Part shown: positions 35,615 to 46,707 of the stretch, in pieces
How positions within the stretch are numbered: position 1 is the stretch's first letter
How the letters are laid out: each line of letters begins with the position of its first letter
Assembly: GCA_000091205.1 (NCBI GenBank)
Contig: AP006495.2
From: Cyanidioschyzon merolae
Lineage: Eukaryota
Reading direction: 5' to 3' (one strand)
DNA length: 64,000 nt
Program-made: the position numbers and the translations under genes
Notes under the pieces: model-generated
The model's input: the letters and a program-made list of their open reading frames with translations, nothing else
Told to the model about the DNA's origin: nothing
The model's database searches: none

Positions 35615-37922
35615 CTATTTCCAATTTTTTTCATATAGTTCGACTTTAAGAGATTCTCCTACAAAATTCTCTCGTGTCAACTTTGGGGGTCTGTTCTCCA
35701 TCACCGCACATCTCCTTATAATGATTGCGGCGTTAAAGTCCCGGTTCACAAACCCCACACGTTTCTTGCCATTGATTGTACTTTCTAATGCAAGTAGTCC
35801 ACGAACTTTCGCTCTCCTTTCCATTCGCTCTTCCGTCAGCGCTCCGTACTTTGCTATATCCTCAGGGCTCCGCTGGCCCTTTTCTATCTCCACTCTCTGA
35901 AGTGTACAACCTGGCTCGTGGTGTGTGTAGCACCTTCAGATCCCATCTATCGGTATCGGAACGAAACGCCGTGCACACTCCTTGTGCGTTCTGGTCGTTG
36001 GAGCTGGCGTAGTCCCTTTTTGGGGCTTCCAGCGCCCTGCCCCGTATGCTACTACGAGCCTCTGACTTTCATCCTCATTCAGGGCGCTCAACTGATTGAA
36101 AAAATTCGCGAACGCCCGCTGTTTCCCACAGTATAGATTCATTCGCAGATGAGCCCACCGGGGCTGGGTATACTCTTTCCACAGCGACTCCCAGTGAGCA
36201 GGGCGAACTTTCATGAATTTCCGAAACGCTTGACAGTCTGCTCCGCGGCTCGTCACCTCGCCCAAAGCTTCCAGGTGATCCTTCATTCCTGCATTCTACG
36301 TAACGATTTTCTTCCTTGCATTCATTATACCGGATTCTCGATGGTACCGTGCTCTCGAGAATCTCAAAAGACGCATGTCTTTCTGACGCAAGTTGCCGGC
36401 AGTACCATCTTCCGCACGTTTGGGTACTGCGATGGTTATGATATTTGTGTTTCCGGGGTCCGCGCCAACGACAAAGTCGTTCTCATGCACTTCCTGCGTG
36501 GTAGGATCCGCCTCCTTCTCATCTTCATGATTCGCCGCGCCTACGAAAAGGTCGTTCCCCTCCACCTCCTGCGTCACAGGATCCGCCTCTTTGTTTTATT
36601 CATGCTTCGCCGAGGTCGAAGCCGAGGGCGGGACAGGGCGATTTGTCTTCGACTGCCGATAGTGTACGCACATGGCTACCCAATCGGTTCCGATCATCCC
36701 AGTGAATACCTTTTGTTTGCTCAGTCGGAGACGTTTAAAATCGAAGATACTCTTCCTGTACGTCTCTCGGTTTTCACCTATGAACTCCTCCCTGCTAACA
36801 TTGAACTCGGGACTGATCTCCTTCATGATGCCGTAAAGGACTCTGGGGTCGATAGTCACAAAATGCGCCTTGATGTTGCACAACTGAATGACGTTGAAGC
36901 GCTTGCCCATTAGGAAAGCCTTCCGTCTCTCCCACTCTTCATTCCATTTCCTCAATCAGCTTCATCTCCGCCTTCCGTTCGAGTTTCCGGTTCAGGAATA
37001 CGAAATGGCGCAGAATGAGGCGATAGTATCTTTCCTCATCTTTTTTCAACTCTGATATCTTGTCTGCTGGATTCGCCAGCCCCAAGAATGCACGATGCTC
37101 TTGTACAGCCGCACAGATTACAGAAGCTTCATTCGTGCTCTTGTTTGACACCTTCTTCCCAACAAATTCGATATCCTGTTCATGCTTGCGATCGTTCGTG
37201 ATGCCATTGATAATCGCCTATACTCCGTTGCGAGACAGGCCCGAGCACAGCGCAAATACGGCGCGTATCATGAAACTTTCGAGGTTCATAGTCAAATGCT
37301 TCTTCAGGTTCGTGATGTACTTCATCGCCCGATAGTCGTAAATATCCACGTGACCCTTGTATCGAGTACCATCGAAGCTGTAAAAGGGATTTTTTTCGTG
37401 GAGGGCGTGAACTCGCTCATTTTCCCTCCGCGCTTCCGCTGTGCCAAGCATCAGGTGCCGACTAAAATTCTTATCGAAAAATCCTCCGGAATCTCGACCG
37501 TTTCCATGTGCGTCACCTCGCGATACATCTCCCGCACCAAATGCATCAGTCCTGAGGACGCCTTGACAATACTCTTGGAGTACGAGTCGATACTTTTTCG
37601 ATAGCGTGTCGCAACTTTTCCCTGTAGGGATCCTTGATATGTCCAAGAAGAAAGGTTTTCACCACCCTCTCGTCGTACAGCCGTCTTTCTTGGCGCCTTC
37701 GACGGAGGACCTTCCCCCTTCGGTTCTTCTTCTCTTCCTTTTCTTCCGGACTCGGCACTGTTTTTTTCTGGCAGCCGGCGACCGTTGGCCTCCAGGATCG
37801 TCGACTTGCTTTTTCATAACTTTCCTTTTTTTAAGTTCTTTTGAAAAATAACGCTCTTTGAACCCTTCTGTTATATACCGCGAAAAACACTTGAATACAC
37901 TTGTTTGAGGTTCCAAAAACAA
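35615..37922 (-). pseudogene. Degenerate Fanzor1/TnpB-like RNA-guided RuvC endonuclease gene (about 770-aa span broken into at least 8 frame segments)
   Basis: K/R-rich, NLS-like N-terminus (KELKKRKVMKK...RKKQCRVRKKRKRRR) at 37659-37922. Ruv[19 protein letters not shown] at 36296-36577. RuvC-II block LVVAYGAGRWKPQKGTTPAPT at 35936-36286. RuvC-III NRDFNAAIIIRRC at 35615-35893. Multiple frameshifts and stops lie between the segments. Confidence 0.55.
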
Positions 37923-38082
37923 ATGAACTGAATGACTGTACCTGGCTACGACCTCAACGAAAATACAAATTCTACATGAGATCTACATGCTAGAGATCAG
38001 GATCATGTTTCCCTTCAATGGCGGCATGCGCGTCGCGCCAGTTGACTGCCCGACCTCCGAGGTGCGCTCACTAAGCGCGATT

Positions 38083-38373
38083 CTTTTTTTCTCATTGACA
38101 GAACGTTTACTTAGGCCAGCGGCCTCCGATTGAGCGCTTTTTCTTCTCATACTATTTTTCTGTTTTTGTAGTGCGCGGTAAAGTATCCATCAAACCCCGT
38201 ACTTCCAAGTTCCGTTGCCCATACTTTTTCTCGGATATACTGGCCGTCTCATACGTTCTATCGTGTGCTGAGTACCTGACTCGTTCGTCCGCATTAGCGC
38301 CCATAGCGCCTGCGCCGCCGCTGTACGGAGATAGCACGACGTTGCCGTACCACAAAGGGCATCGGCTCGAGGC
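38083..38373 (+). repeat. Right copy of the approximately 300-bp direct repeat
   Basis: See the left copy. Its minus-strand ORF 38152-38382 is similar to 34022-34336 (YETTRISETKYGSCNLEVGGLMDT vs YETASISEKKYGQRNLEVRGLMDT). Confidence 0.7.
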
Positions 38374-39176
38374 CTGCTTCATCCGACGTAGAATCGGGTC
38401 TCGTCCTCAGTTTGTGCTCGGACAGTCTGCGGATGCAGGCTTGTCTTCGCTGCACGACACGCTGGAGAAACTTGGCTGTTAGGATATATCATGGGAGCCG
38501 CCTCTTTCCTTCGCGATCATGCATGGAATGCGTCGTTGTCGGTTGGCAATGCGGGTTTGTGTTTGACACCCACCACAGTGGGTAGGCGTAGAGAGCACTA
38601 AACCCGTGTGCGCATCCGATTCGCTCGACCTTCCGCCTAGAAGGTAGAGTGTGAGTTTGTTCGCCACTTATGAGCGCTGAGGCTCGGTTAGCGGACCATC
38701 ACATGCCAGTGCTACACTCAAAGTGAGTGTCCGGCCTTTGACTATCACGCTGCTGCCCAGCTGCTGCTGTCCTTCAAGGAGCTCGCTGTGCTCCTGCTTC
38801 CAGCGCGGGCACTGTAAGCCTAAATATGGCAGCGTCCGGGGGTCTCGTTTCCACAGCAGGGACAGTGTGATTCCCAGTGCGTTTCCAGTGTCCCTATACG
38901 GCTTAGAGGCGGTGCTGCTAGCCAGAAGCCGGCAACGTAGATTTGCGTCTTCTGGATACACTGCCGCACAACAGCGCACGCCGAGATCGACCACCGCCGT
39001 AGCCTCCACCAGTCGTACTGCAGCCGATGATGCTCGCACGCTGGCCCTGAGCGGCATCTCGATCTCTTTTGTGAGAAAGATACGGGTCACTGCTGTACAG
39101 CGATGACCGGAGCTCGCTAGGGAGTCTTATAGGATAGGTTGATGTTCCGACTTTCTTCGCATTCTTTTTTCTCGAG

Positions 39177-40457
39177 ATGACTAAAGAGTGTAAAGCGAAT
39201 CTGGCTCGGACGAGCGCACGTCACGAGCAGCTCGCATCGAAGCCGTTTGGTTTCTGTTACACCGTGCTGCGGGAGGAGAACTCGCACCAAGCGCGTGACG
39301 AGCTTTCCGATGCAATTCGAACCCATTTTGTGAACGCGAAAGTCAACGAGCGGTCCATACCTTCGCGATTTTTCTATGACGACGCTGGAACAGCGCTGTA
39401 TGAACGCATCACCTGCACTGAAGACTACTATCTCACGCGATGTGAACGGGAGATTTTCCGTAAATACTGCGATCGGATATTGAACATCGCAGTTGGACTG
39501 GACGAAGATGCACCTATTCGATCGCACTCTCCCAATGAGAGAGCCTTACATATCATCGAACTGGGCGCTGGCGACGGACACAAAACAGCAGTGCTGGTGC
39601 AGCGTGCTCTGCAACGTGGCCTGCACATCACGTACCGTCCCATTGACATCAGTGAGCGCGCCATGACGGACTGTGCGGAGCGCATCCTCGCAACGCTGAG
39701 CGACCCCGAGAATGGTCATCAGCGTTTGGAGCATTCGAGTGTTGAAGCGCAGTTCACCTTCCATGGTATTGTGGGTGATTTCTTCGAAGGACTTGGATAT
39801 GCGCTGCGCGCACCAGGACGGCGTCTGCAGAACCCTGTTGAGGATCGACTACTGGCAAACGCGGGCAACGCGGGGTATGGTGCAGCTCCCGAGTCAGCTC
39901 ATGAGCATGCTCGGCACTTAGTCATGTTCATTGGATCTTCGATTGGCAACTTTGATCCCACGAACGCTATAGCATTCTGTAAGCAGGTTCGGAGCTTGCT
40001 GCAGCCTGCCAGGGATCACTTTCTTGTCGGGTTCGATCTGCGAAAACCTTATGCAATCATGCACCGAGCGTATAGTGACCGTGAGGGTATTACTGCAGAA
40101 TTTAACCGCAACTTGCTCCGTCGTGTGAACAGAGAACTTGGATCCAATTTCAATCCGGCGAAGTTTGAACATTTTGCCCAGTACAATGTTCGACTCGGGG
40201 CGATGGAGAGCTTCCTTGTCGCCACCGAGCATATGCGTATTGTTTTTCCAAATCTGGCGATGGACACGACGGCGTTGCCGACTGGGAACGAAATCGCGAT
40301 AGAGCTGCGCCCCTGGGAAGCCATCCATACGGAGTACAGCTGGAAGTATACTTTAGAGGACATTTCTGCGCTGGCACAGAAAGCTGGCTTTAGTAGGATT
40401 GCTGCGAATTTCTTTGATTCGAAGAACGGGTTTGTGGACAGTATCTTCGCTCCGTAG
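39177..40457 (+). CDS. EgtD-type SAM-dependent histidine N-alpha-methyltransferase (Methyltransf_33), standalone
   Basis: PSRFFYDDAGTALYERITCTEDYYLTRCEREIF, ELGAGDGHKT, FIGSSIGNF, DLRKPYAIMHRAYSDREGITAEFNRNLLRRVNRELGSNF...FEH and EYSWKY match M. smegmatis EgtD motif by motif. There is no fused EgtB/sulfoxide-synthase domain. Confidence 0.75.
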   Translation: MTKECKANLARTSARHEQLASKPFGFCYTVLREENSHQARDELSDAIRTHFVNAKVNERSIPSRFFYDDAGTALYERITCTEDYYLTRCEREIFRKYCDRILNIAVGLDEDAPIRSHSPNERALHIIELGAGDGHKTAVLVQRALQRGLHITYRPIDISERAMTDCAERILATLSDPENGHQRLEHSSVEAQFTFHGIVGDFFEGLGYALRAPGRRLQNPVEDRLLANAGNAGYGAAPESAHEHARHLVMFIGSSIGNFDPTNAIAFCKQVRSLLQPARDHFLVGFDLRKPYAIMHRAYSDREGITAEFNRNLLRRVNRELGSNFNPAKFEHFAQYNVRLGAMESFLVATEHMRIVFPNLAMDTTALPTGNEIAIELRPWEAIHTEYSWKYTLEDISALAQKAGFSRIAANFFDSKNGFVDSIFAP

Positions 40458-42175
40458 CGAAGGAAACGACGGACGCACCCACGCACGCGCTTGCTGACTC
40501 GGTAAGCGAAACTCGTGTAAGCGGTATCGGATCGCTTTGGCGAACTGAATTGCATTTTGCGGGCTGGTCAAGGCACAAACCAGCGCTCGAGTCCAAGCAC
40601 CGCACAACATCGGTGACTGTCATGTACCGTGCCTGTGCTACTCAGTGCTATATAGCGTAAACTTCCTGAGATCAGTGGCAAGCTTTTCCCATCCCAGAGA
40701 TGACGCTGGTTTCAAGCGCCGGTGGGTTGAAATTGCACGGATCCTCTGGATACCACAACGGAATGCTTTGGAACAGAGTTCCATACGGAAGGCTTTGGAT
40801 CACATTGCCGGCCAGAGCAGGTCTATCGAGATCCCGGCGCTTCGGCATAGAAAAAATGGGAAAGCTGCTCATTTAGTGTACTCAACGCGAGAAAGGCCTC
40901 CTGGTTTCCGCGCCACAGTGTCCATCTGTGCGCAGGAAGACGGGCGTCTAGAGCGTCGCGTATCTGGGACGCAGCGCCACGGTACAGCGTCCACAGAAAA
41001 CAAAGCACAAACGATGCCAGAGATTTCTGTCGCAGATTTTTGGGTTGACGATCTCTCTCGACTGGCAGGATCGCCTAATGATAGATCTCAGTATACCCAA
41101 AACTTTCATAGTCGTATCCACGATCCGGTATTTCTCGCAATATACGGGGTGTGATGCGTGCTTTCCTGACTGCATGAGTCTGCTCTGCCGAGCCGCCTGC
41201 AGATACCACTCGTTATCCGCGGCACGCTTCAGCGCAAGTCGTTTAAACACATCGGAAAGCGGTCTGCAAATGCCACGCACCATGGTAGTGGTATCTATCT
41301 CGCCACAGCAACAGCTCGGAATTCAAAAACGATGTTTAACGGATATCCGGCGCGATCGTTGACTTTCGCGATACTTGCAATGTCTGGATCTTTTCCGGCA
41401 GGTTCGCTGCTCAGAATTCCGATTAGGCTGCACAGAAACTGCCTCTGACCAGGTGTTAAAAAAAGCCTCCAAGTCGTGTGCAGTGCTGAGCACCAAACAT
41501 CTTCGATATGAAGTGCACTGTGGGTAATGATTCGGCGCGGACTCCGCGGCGCATGATTCCTGATGAAAGACATCCCAGATGTACGGCAGCTTTGCTGTTT
41601 TGCCATCGGGCCAAGGCAGAGACGAGCAAACCCCGTGAGCAGACCGTGAATCCCGTCCACGCATCATAAACCACGCCAAATCTACGATAACCAAGCTCGA
41701 GCCAGAGGCGGCACCCGCGCCGTCGAATCACAAGAGCGCATCGAAAGCGCACTGCTTTCTTCGAGGTGCTGGTACAGCACGCAGCGGATAACCTCCCGCC
41801 ACAATCACAGCTTGCCGCCAGCAGAGATCTAAATGGCGGTTACGAATAATCGCCACCAAAACTAGATGCAAAAATTGTAGCAGCATTTCACGAAGCGCAT
41901 GGGCTCCGCATGCCAGTTATCGTAGATTGCAGCGCTGCATCGCGACACACCTCAAACGTTGGTCTCCTGCAGTCAACGGTTCAACGGATCCATCACGATG
42001 AGGAAAATCACATATCGGGCTAGCGACGTGCGCAGACGCCTTGTCCACGGCTCACCACGAATGCCCACCCTGGACTCGATTCCCCACTGAGCTGCAGCGT
42101 ATCGTTTTCAGCAGTAGATCGGACAAGTGACGCTCGGCAGGCGCTGATGCGTTGCATCTGGCGCTCGGTGCACGC

Positions 42176-43264
42176 TCAACCCTCCCGATTCCAGAGGCAC
42201 TCACAATGCTCGGAATCGGCGAGCGCGCGCGTCTCCTCGTCGATGGGTTCCGCATCCAGCTGTGTTAACATAGGCAGAACACGCAGCACCAGCGCTCGAT
42301 ACCACTTGTTTCCGTGCTGAGTCTGGAGCCGTTCAGCGAGCGGGTTTCCCTCCAGGTACAGGGTCCGCAGTTTCGCATGTGCCGAGAGATGGCGCAACTG
42401 TTCAATGCTGTCTATTTTGTTATCGTTCAGCCAGAGCTCTTCGAGATTTTGTAAGTCATCCAACAAGTCATCGAGGCGCGCAATGCGGTTACAACCCAGA
42501 TCCAACAGCTTCAGGTTTCGGAGCATCTCCGTCCCATTTAGAGCCGAGATACCGTTATGACTGAGATAGAGCTCTTCGAGCGAGTCTCGGCAATATTCGA
42601 GGGCGCTCCCTAGTGCCAACAAACGATTGCTCTGCAGTGAAAGGCGTTTGAGTCGGCGGAAGCAGTGCAGCGACGGGAGCTGAACGATCTTGTTCCGTCC
42701 GAGCCATAGCTCCTCTAGCGAGCCTCCTACCTCGAATAGATTGTCTCCAAGCGTTCTTATGCGGTTGGATCCCAGTTCCAACAATCGCAGTTGCGGTAGA
42801 TTATGTGCTTGGAGGCCAGCGATTTCCTTGATTCTATTTTGGACGAGATACAGTTCCTCCAGGGCCGGCAAGTGGAAACGCTCCAGCCCTGCCATACTGT
42901 GGATGCGGTTAAAAGACAAATCCAGGCGTTTCAATTTGGGCTTATGCTCAAGTCCGCTGATTTCCCTGATATGATTTAGATAGAGGTCAATTTCTTCGAG
43001 CTCCGACAGCGTCTCCAGTCCACGTAGCTCCGTGATCAGGTTCTGGCGAAGCACCAAACGACGCAACGAAGTACAACGATCGAGGTTTTGGATTCGACTT
43101 ATTCTGCAGTTCGTCGCCTGGAACTCTAGGAACGGATTGCTAAAAGCGGCGTCAGTTCCGCAGGGAAGTCGATAGGCCTCTGCGATTTCGCCCAGTCCGC
43201 TGTACGAGATGTCGACGACACCGTCCTCGTCCGGACGGACTAACGGTCGCTCCGACATATCCAC
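42176..43264 (-). CDS. SDS22: SDS22-like leucine-rich-repeat protein (protein phosphatase 1 regulatory subunit 7)
   Basis: About 11 consecutive 22-residue LRRs (L..L..L..L.L..N.I..I..L), then an LRR-cap LRTLYLEGNPLAE...YRALVLRVLPMLTQLDAEPI, as in SDS22/PPP1R7. Confidence 0.75.
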   Translation of the reverse strand: MDMSERPLVRPDEDGVVDISYSGLGEIAEAYRLPCGTDAAFSNPFLEFQATNCRISRIQNLDRCTSLRRLVLRQNLITELRGLETLSELEEIDLYLNHIREISGLEHKPKLKRLDLSFNRIHSMAGLERFHLPALEELYLVQNRIKEIAGLQAHNLPQLRLLELGSNRIRTLGDNLFEVGGSLEELWLGRNKIVQLPSLHCFRRLKRLSLQSNRLLALGSALEYCRDSLEELYLSHNGISALNGTEMLRNLKLLDLGCNRIARLDDLLDDLQNLEELWLNDNKIDSIEQLRHLSAHAKLRTLYLEGNPLAERLQTQHGNKWYRALVLRVLPMLTQLDAEPIDEETRALADSEHCECLWNREG

Positions 43265-43866
43265 GAAAACGACAGACAGCGTTCAAGTTTGCACACAGAA
43301 GGATCTGGTTGAGCTCATGGAAGCACTTAGGCTGGATCCTGGTTCCCGGCTCACGCGTACCGACACCAAGCTGCCCGCTAGTTGAGTCGTCAGCAAACGC
43401 AGCAGCGATGTATTTCCAGTCTATGGTCCAGGACTGATAAGCCTCACTAGTTCTTCGGGGTGATCACGTGCTGATGCTGTTCCTGGTAACCCGAGAAGAG
43501 GTCTCAGCTCCAGTACAGACGCTTCCACGTCCTACTAGGTCAAGAGCAACGCCCAGATGCGCTGCCACCGCTGCGGCATGGAACTGCTGCCCGGCAGCCG
43601 GCGGAACAGAACAGCTGCAACTTTCCTGTTCAGCTGCGCAGAAGTGTCCTGAGAGTCACGACTCCTGGCGCGTTGCGAAGCGCAAGCAACTGTAGAAAGC
43701 TAACGGACCCAGGGTCCGTGTCGATTTCAAAGTTCTCGCCATGAAAGGCATCTGCACACTGGAAGTAGTCAACTGAGACGAGTTTCGGCGAGAAGCAGCT
43801 GCAAACGCTGCGCTTCATCGTCGACGTTTTGGGTGCAGTTACAAGCACAACGAACTTTTTTGGATC

Positions 43867-45402
43867 ATGAAAACCAAAAGTCGAGGTAAGACGAACCATT
43901 GGGACCGTGACGGTGCTCCGGCGGTGGCACGCGAGCACCAGTACCGCAGCAGCCGCAAAGGCACTGCAAAAGGGAGTGTGGCGGCGCCCGTGCACAAGCG
44001 GAGCTTGTATGCTCGAGGCCTGCTGCTCGTTGTACTCTATCTGTTTCAGGGCGTACCCATGGGCCTCACCTTTGGCTCGCTGCCGTTTCTGCTCCAGACG
44101 CGCTCTTCCTACGCCAAGCTCGGTGTATTTTCCTCTGCGTCGTATCCGTACTCACTGAAGCTTCTCTGGTCACCGATCGTCGACTCGGTATACGCGTCGC
44201 GTCTCGGTCGTCGCAAATCCTGGATTGTACCTGCGCAACTCCTTATAGGGGTCATCATGGCCTCCATGGCCGCAGCAGTGGAACGCTGGGTTCAACATGC
44301 CCGAGTGATGCAGTTGACGCTTTTCTGCTGGGGGCTCGTTTTCCTTGCGGCAACACAGGATATTGCGGTAGACGGTTGGGCATTAACGCTCTTAGGTGAA
44401 GCAGGATCCGGGTACGCATCGATTTGTCAATCGCTAGGGCTTAGTCTAGGGTACTTTTCGAGCTATACAGTTTTCCTCGCGCTGAACAGCGATGAATTTT
44501 GCGTCCGATGGCTGCAGCAAACATCCGCCGTGATTCGCTTGTATACCTTTCTGCGAATCATGGGTGCATCATTCATTGCGTTCACGCTAATGTTGGCAGT
44601 TTTTGTCAAAGAAGAAATGGCGGAGGATTTGACGCTTGTTCCGCAACCCGACACCGGAGGCCTGTGGTCCGCTCTGCGAGATGCGTATGCCGCGCTTTGG
44701 AGCATACTGCGCAAGCGCTCCATTCAGCGCTTGGTTGTATTCCTCTTGTTCAGTAAGTTTCCCTTTGCTGCTCATGATCACATATCGTCACTGCAGCTGG
44801 TGCGTCGCGGGTTCCCGCGTCAACAGCTGGCATTCATGGCGGTGCTCCAGTGGCCGTTCGACGTCATCGGAGCAATCGCTGTTGGTCGGTATGCCCGGAA
44901 CAGCCGTAACCTCAAGGACAGTCTCTGGCGATGGGGCTTTTTTCTGCGGCTGATGCTCGCAATGTTCACTCCGCTGCTCATCCACTATTTCTTCCCGCGT
45001 GGTGAAAGCGCACGATCCCGTTGGATGTTTGTCGCGATTTTCATCGTCAGTGTTCTTTACCAGTTAGCCAGCGATGGTCTAATGTTTGTGTCCACGTCTT
45101 CGTACTGTGCTCGGATTAGCGATAAGCGCTTTGGAGGCACGTACCTCACGCTTTTGAATACTGCATCGAATTTGGGGGGAACGTGGGCGACCCCGTTGGT
45201 TTTCGGTGCAGCGCACCGCTTCGGATACCTTCGTGTCGCTTTGGCTCTCCCTTTGTGTGGCCTGCTCGTATACTTGCTGCTCCTGGGACCAACTCTGGAC
45301 TATTTGGAGAAGGTTCCGGCATCAGCGTGGCAGCTTGATCGGGGTCCAGCCCAAGCCGTCGCTTCTGTGCCTCACCGCAAAACACTCCGATGTCGCGAGT
45401 GA
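43867..45402 (+). CDS. Acetyl-CoA transporter (AT-1 / SLC33A1 family, MFS)
   Basis: LLLVVLYLFQGVPMGLTFGSLPFLLQ...YPYSLKLLWSPIVDSVYASRLGRRKSWIVPAQLLIG matches the SLC33A1 N-terminal signature LQGIPLGL...FSLKLLWAPLVD..Y...GRRKSW.VP.Q. The protein has multiple TM helices and the ATG start is confirmed. Confidence 0.8.
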   Translation: MKTKSRGKTNHWDRDGAPAVAREHQYRSSRKGTAKGSVAAPVHKRSLYARGLLLVVLYLFQGVPMGLTFGSLPFLLQTRSSYAKLGVFSSASYPYSLKLLWSPIVDSVYASRLGRRKSWIVPAQLLIGVIMASMAAAVERWVQHARVMQLTLFCWGLVFLAATQDIAVDGWALTLLGEAGSGYASICQSLGLSLGYFSSYTVFLALNSDEFCVRWLQQTSAVIRLYTFLRIMGASFIAFTLMLAVFVKEEMAEDLTLVPQPDTGGLWSALRDAYAALWSILRKRSIQRLVVFLLFSKFPFAAHDHISSLQLVRRGFPRQQLAFMAVLQWPFDVIGAIAVGRYARNSRNLKDSLWRWGFFLRLMLAMFTPLLIHYFFPRGESARSRWMFVAIFIVSVLYQLASDGLMFVSTSSYCARISDKRFGGTYLTLLNTASNLGGTWATPLVFGAAHRFGYLRVALALPLCGLLVYLLLLGPTLDYLEKVPASAWQLDRGPAQAVASVPHRKTLRCRE

Positions 45403-46707
45403 TGAATGCACCTTGACAGTGAGTCGATTACGCAATGCTTCAGTTCCTGACTTGTGAGCACTCAGAATAAGCGCTCTGCCCACGTGGTAGAATGTGGTCT
45501 TGGTCGGCATCGTATTGTGCAAAGAGAACCGTATGGAAACGGGCGCTCCGTACGACGCTTTAACATTAGCGCACGCGCGATGCATCTTTTCCCATACGGC
45601 GAGAAGGCGCTCAGTCTCATGCTTTTCGGACAATACGGGTTATCTCCCGCATCCTCATGTGCCCCGATTCCAGAGCATGTGGTCAGCACGGACGGCTCTG
45701 GAGCATCAGTGGGCTCGTTGTGCCCGGTAGTTGGTTAGGCGCCAAACATCGAGCCATGGTCGCTGTAAGCATCACAGAGACTCAAGGTGGATTCTGGCGG
45801 CAAGAATCCATATACTGGCGAGTCGCCGATATTGTTTGCTCGTTTGCCGCGCTTCTGGACATGGTCGTGAGTAGATTTCTGTTATGCCGCGTTGTTTCTC
45901 GATGGGCACAGGTAATGAAGGCCCGAGGATGCCCGTCATCCATTGAGAGCTTGTCCGTAAACCAATCGATTCCGTACCATGACAAGTGGCACCACGGCTC
46001 GAATGGACCCGTGCGCTGGGATGTCAGAAAAGCTCCGAGGCGCCTCGGAGATGCTCGCACCCGAGCATCGCTACCATTCCAGGGGACTCTGTCTCCGCTT
46101 TGGAATGCCCATGAAAGGACCCTTGCGCCAGGCATTACCAAGAAGCATCGCAGCTGCCGTTTTCCCCAAAGTATGAGCTGGTGCTGCTCCGTGGATACCC
46201 GGTCCAGTTTTGGTACCAAGCCGCCCGTCGATCCTAGAAGCGGCTTTTTCGGAAAAAAGCTTGTCTGCTTGGCACTTCATCGGCAAGCTTCCGACCCGGA
46301 CGTGCGTCACGCTGCTAGCGTCTCCAATGATCATGGTGGCTCCTGGATTTCCGCTCAGGATCCCTGAAGTGAATCAGATGTCGCCAGACGCACAGCTTCA
46401 TAGCAATGCGTCATATCCTTTTCGTTTCTTGTGGAATGAGGGCATCTACCCTGATCTCGCGGGATGCGCGGACCCTCTCCAAGAATCAAAATACGGAGCA
46501 TACCTCTTCGGCTGTCGCTTCGATATTCGCCATGTGCATACCCCAATTCGGGATCGCATGTCAAACAATGAATAAAAAATCAACAAGCCCCTTACAGACC
46601 AGCATCAGCACATCGCGATGCACACTCCGAAACAGAAGCACTTAAAACGTTGGCTGAAAATCACAGGGCAAAGGCGCTTCCTATCAAAACCACGAGTACA
46701 AAGCGCC

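Larger units (their letters stand above)
33978..38373 (-). mobile_element. Putative degenerate Fanzor-carrying transposon-like unit: direct repeats bracketing a Fanzor1-like pseudogene and a NUMOD3-motif ORF
   Basis: The bracketing repeats are described above. Both internal ORF sets are on the minus strand. GC content is lower than in the flanking host genes. Confidence 0.45.

Noticed and set aside
40460-42175. Several overlapping minus-strand ORFs (40948-41283, 41295-41660, 41323-41694, 41456-41752) that might be one frameshifted gene.
   Set aside because: I could recognise no domain or motif in any frame and the overlaps are mutually exclusive. I left the region as unannotated intergenic.
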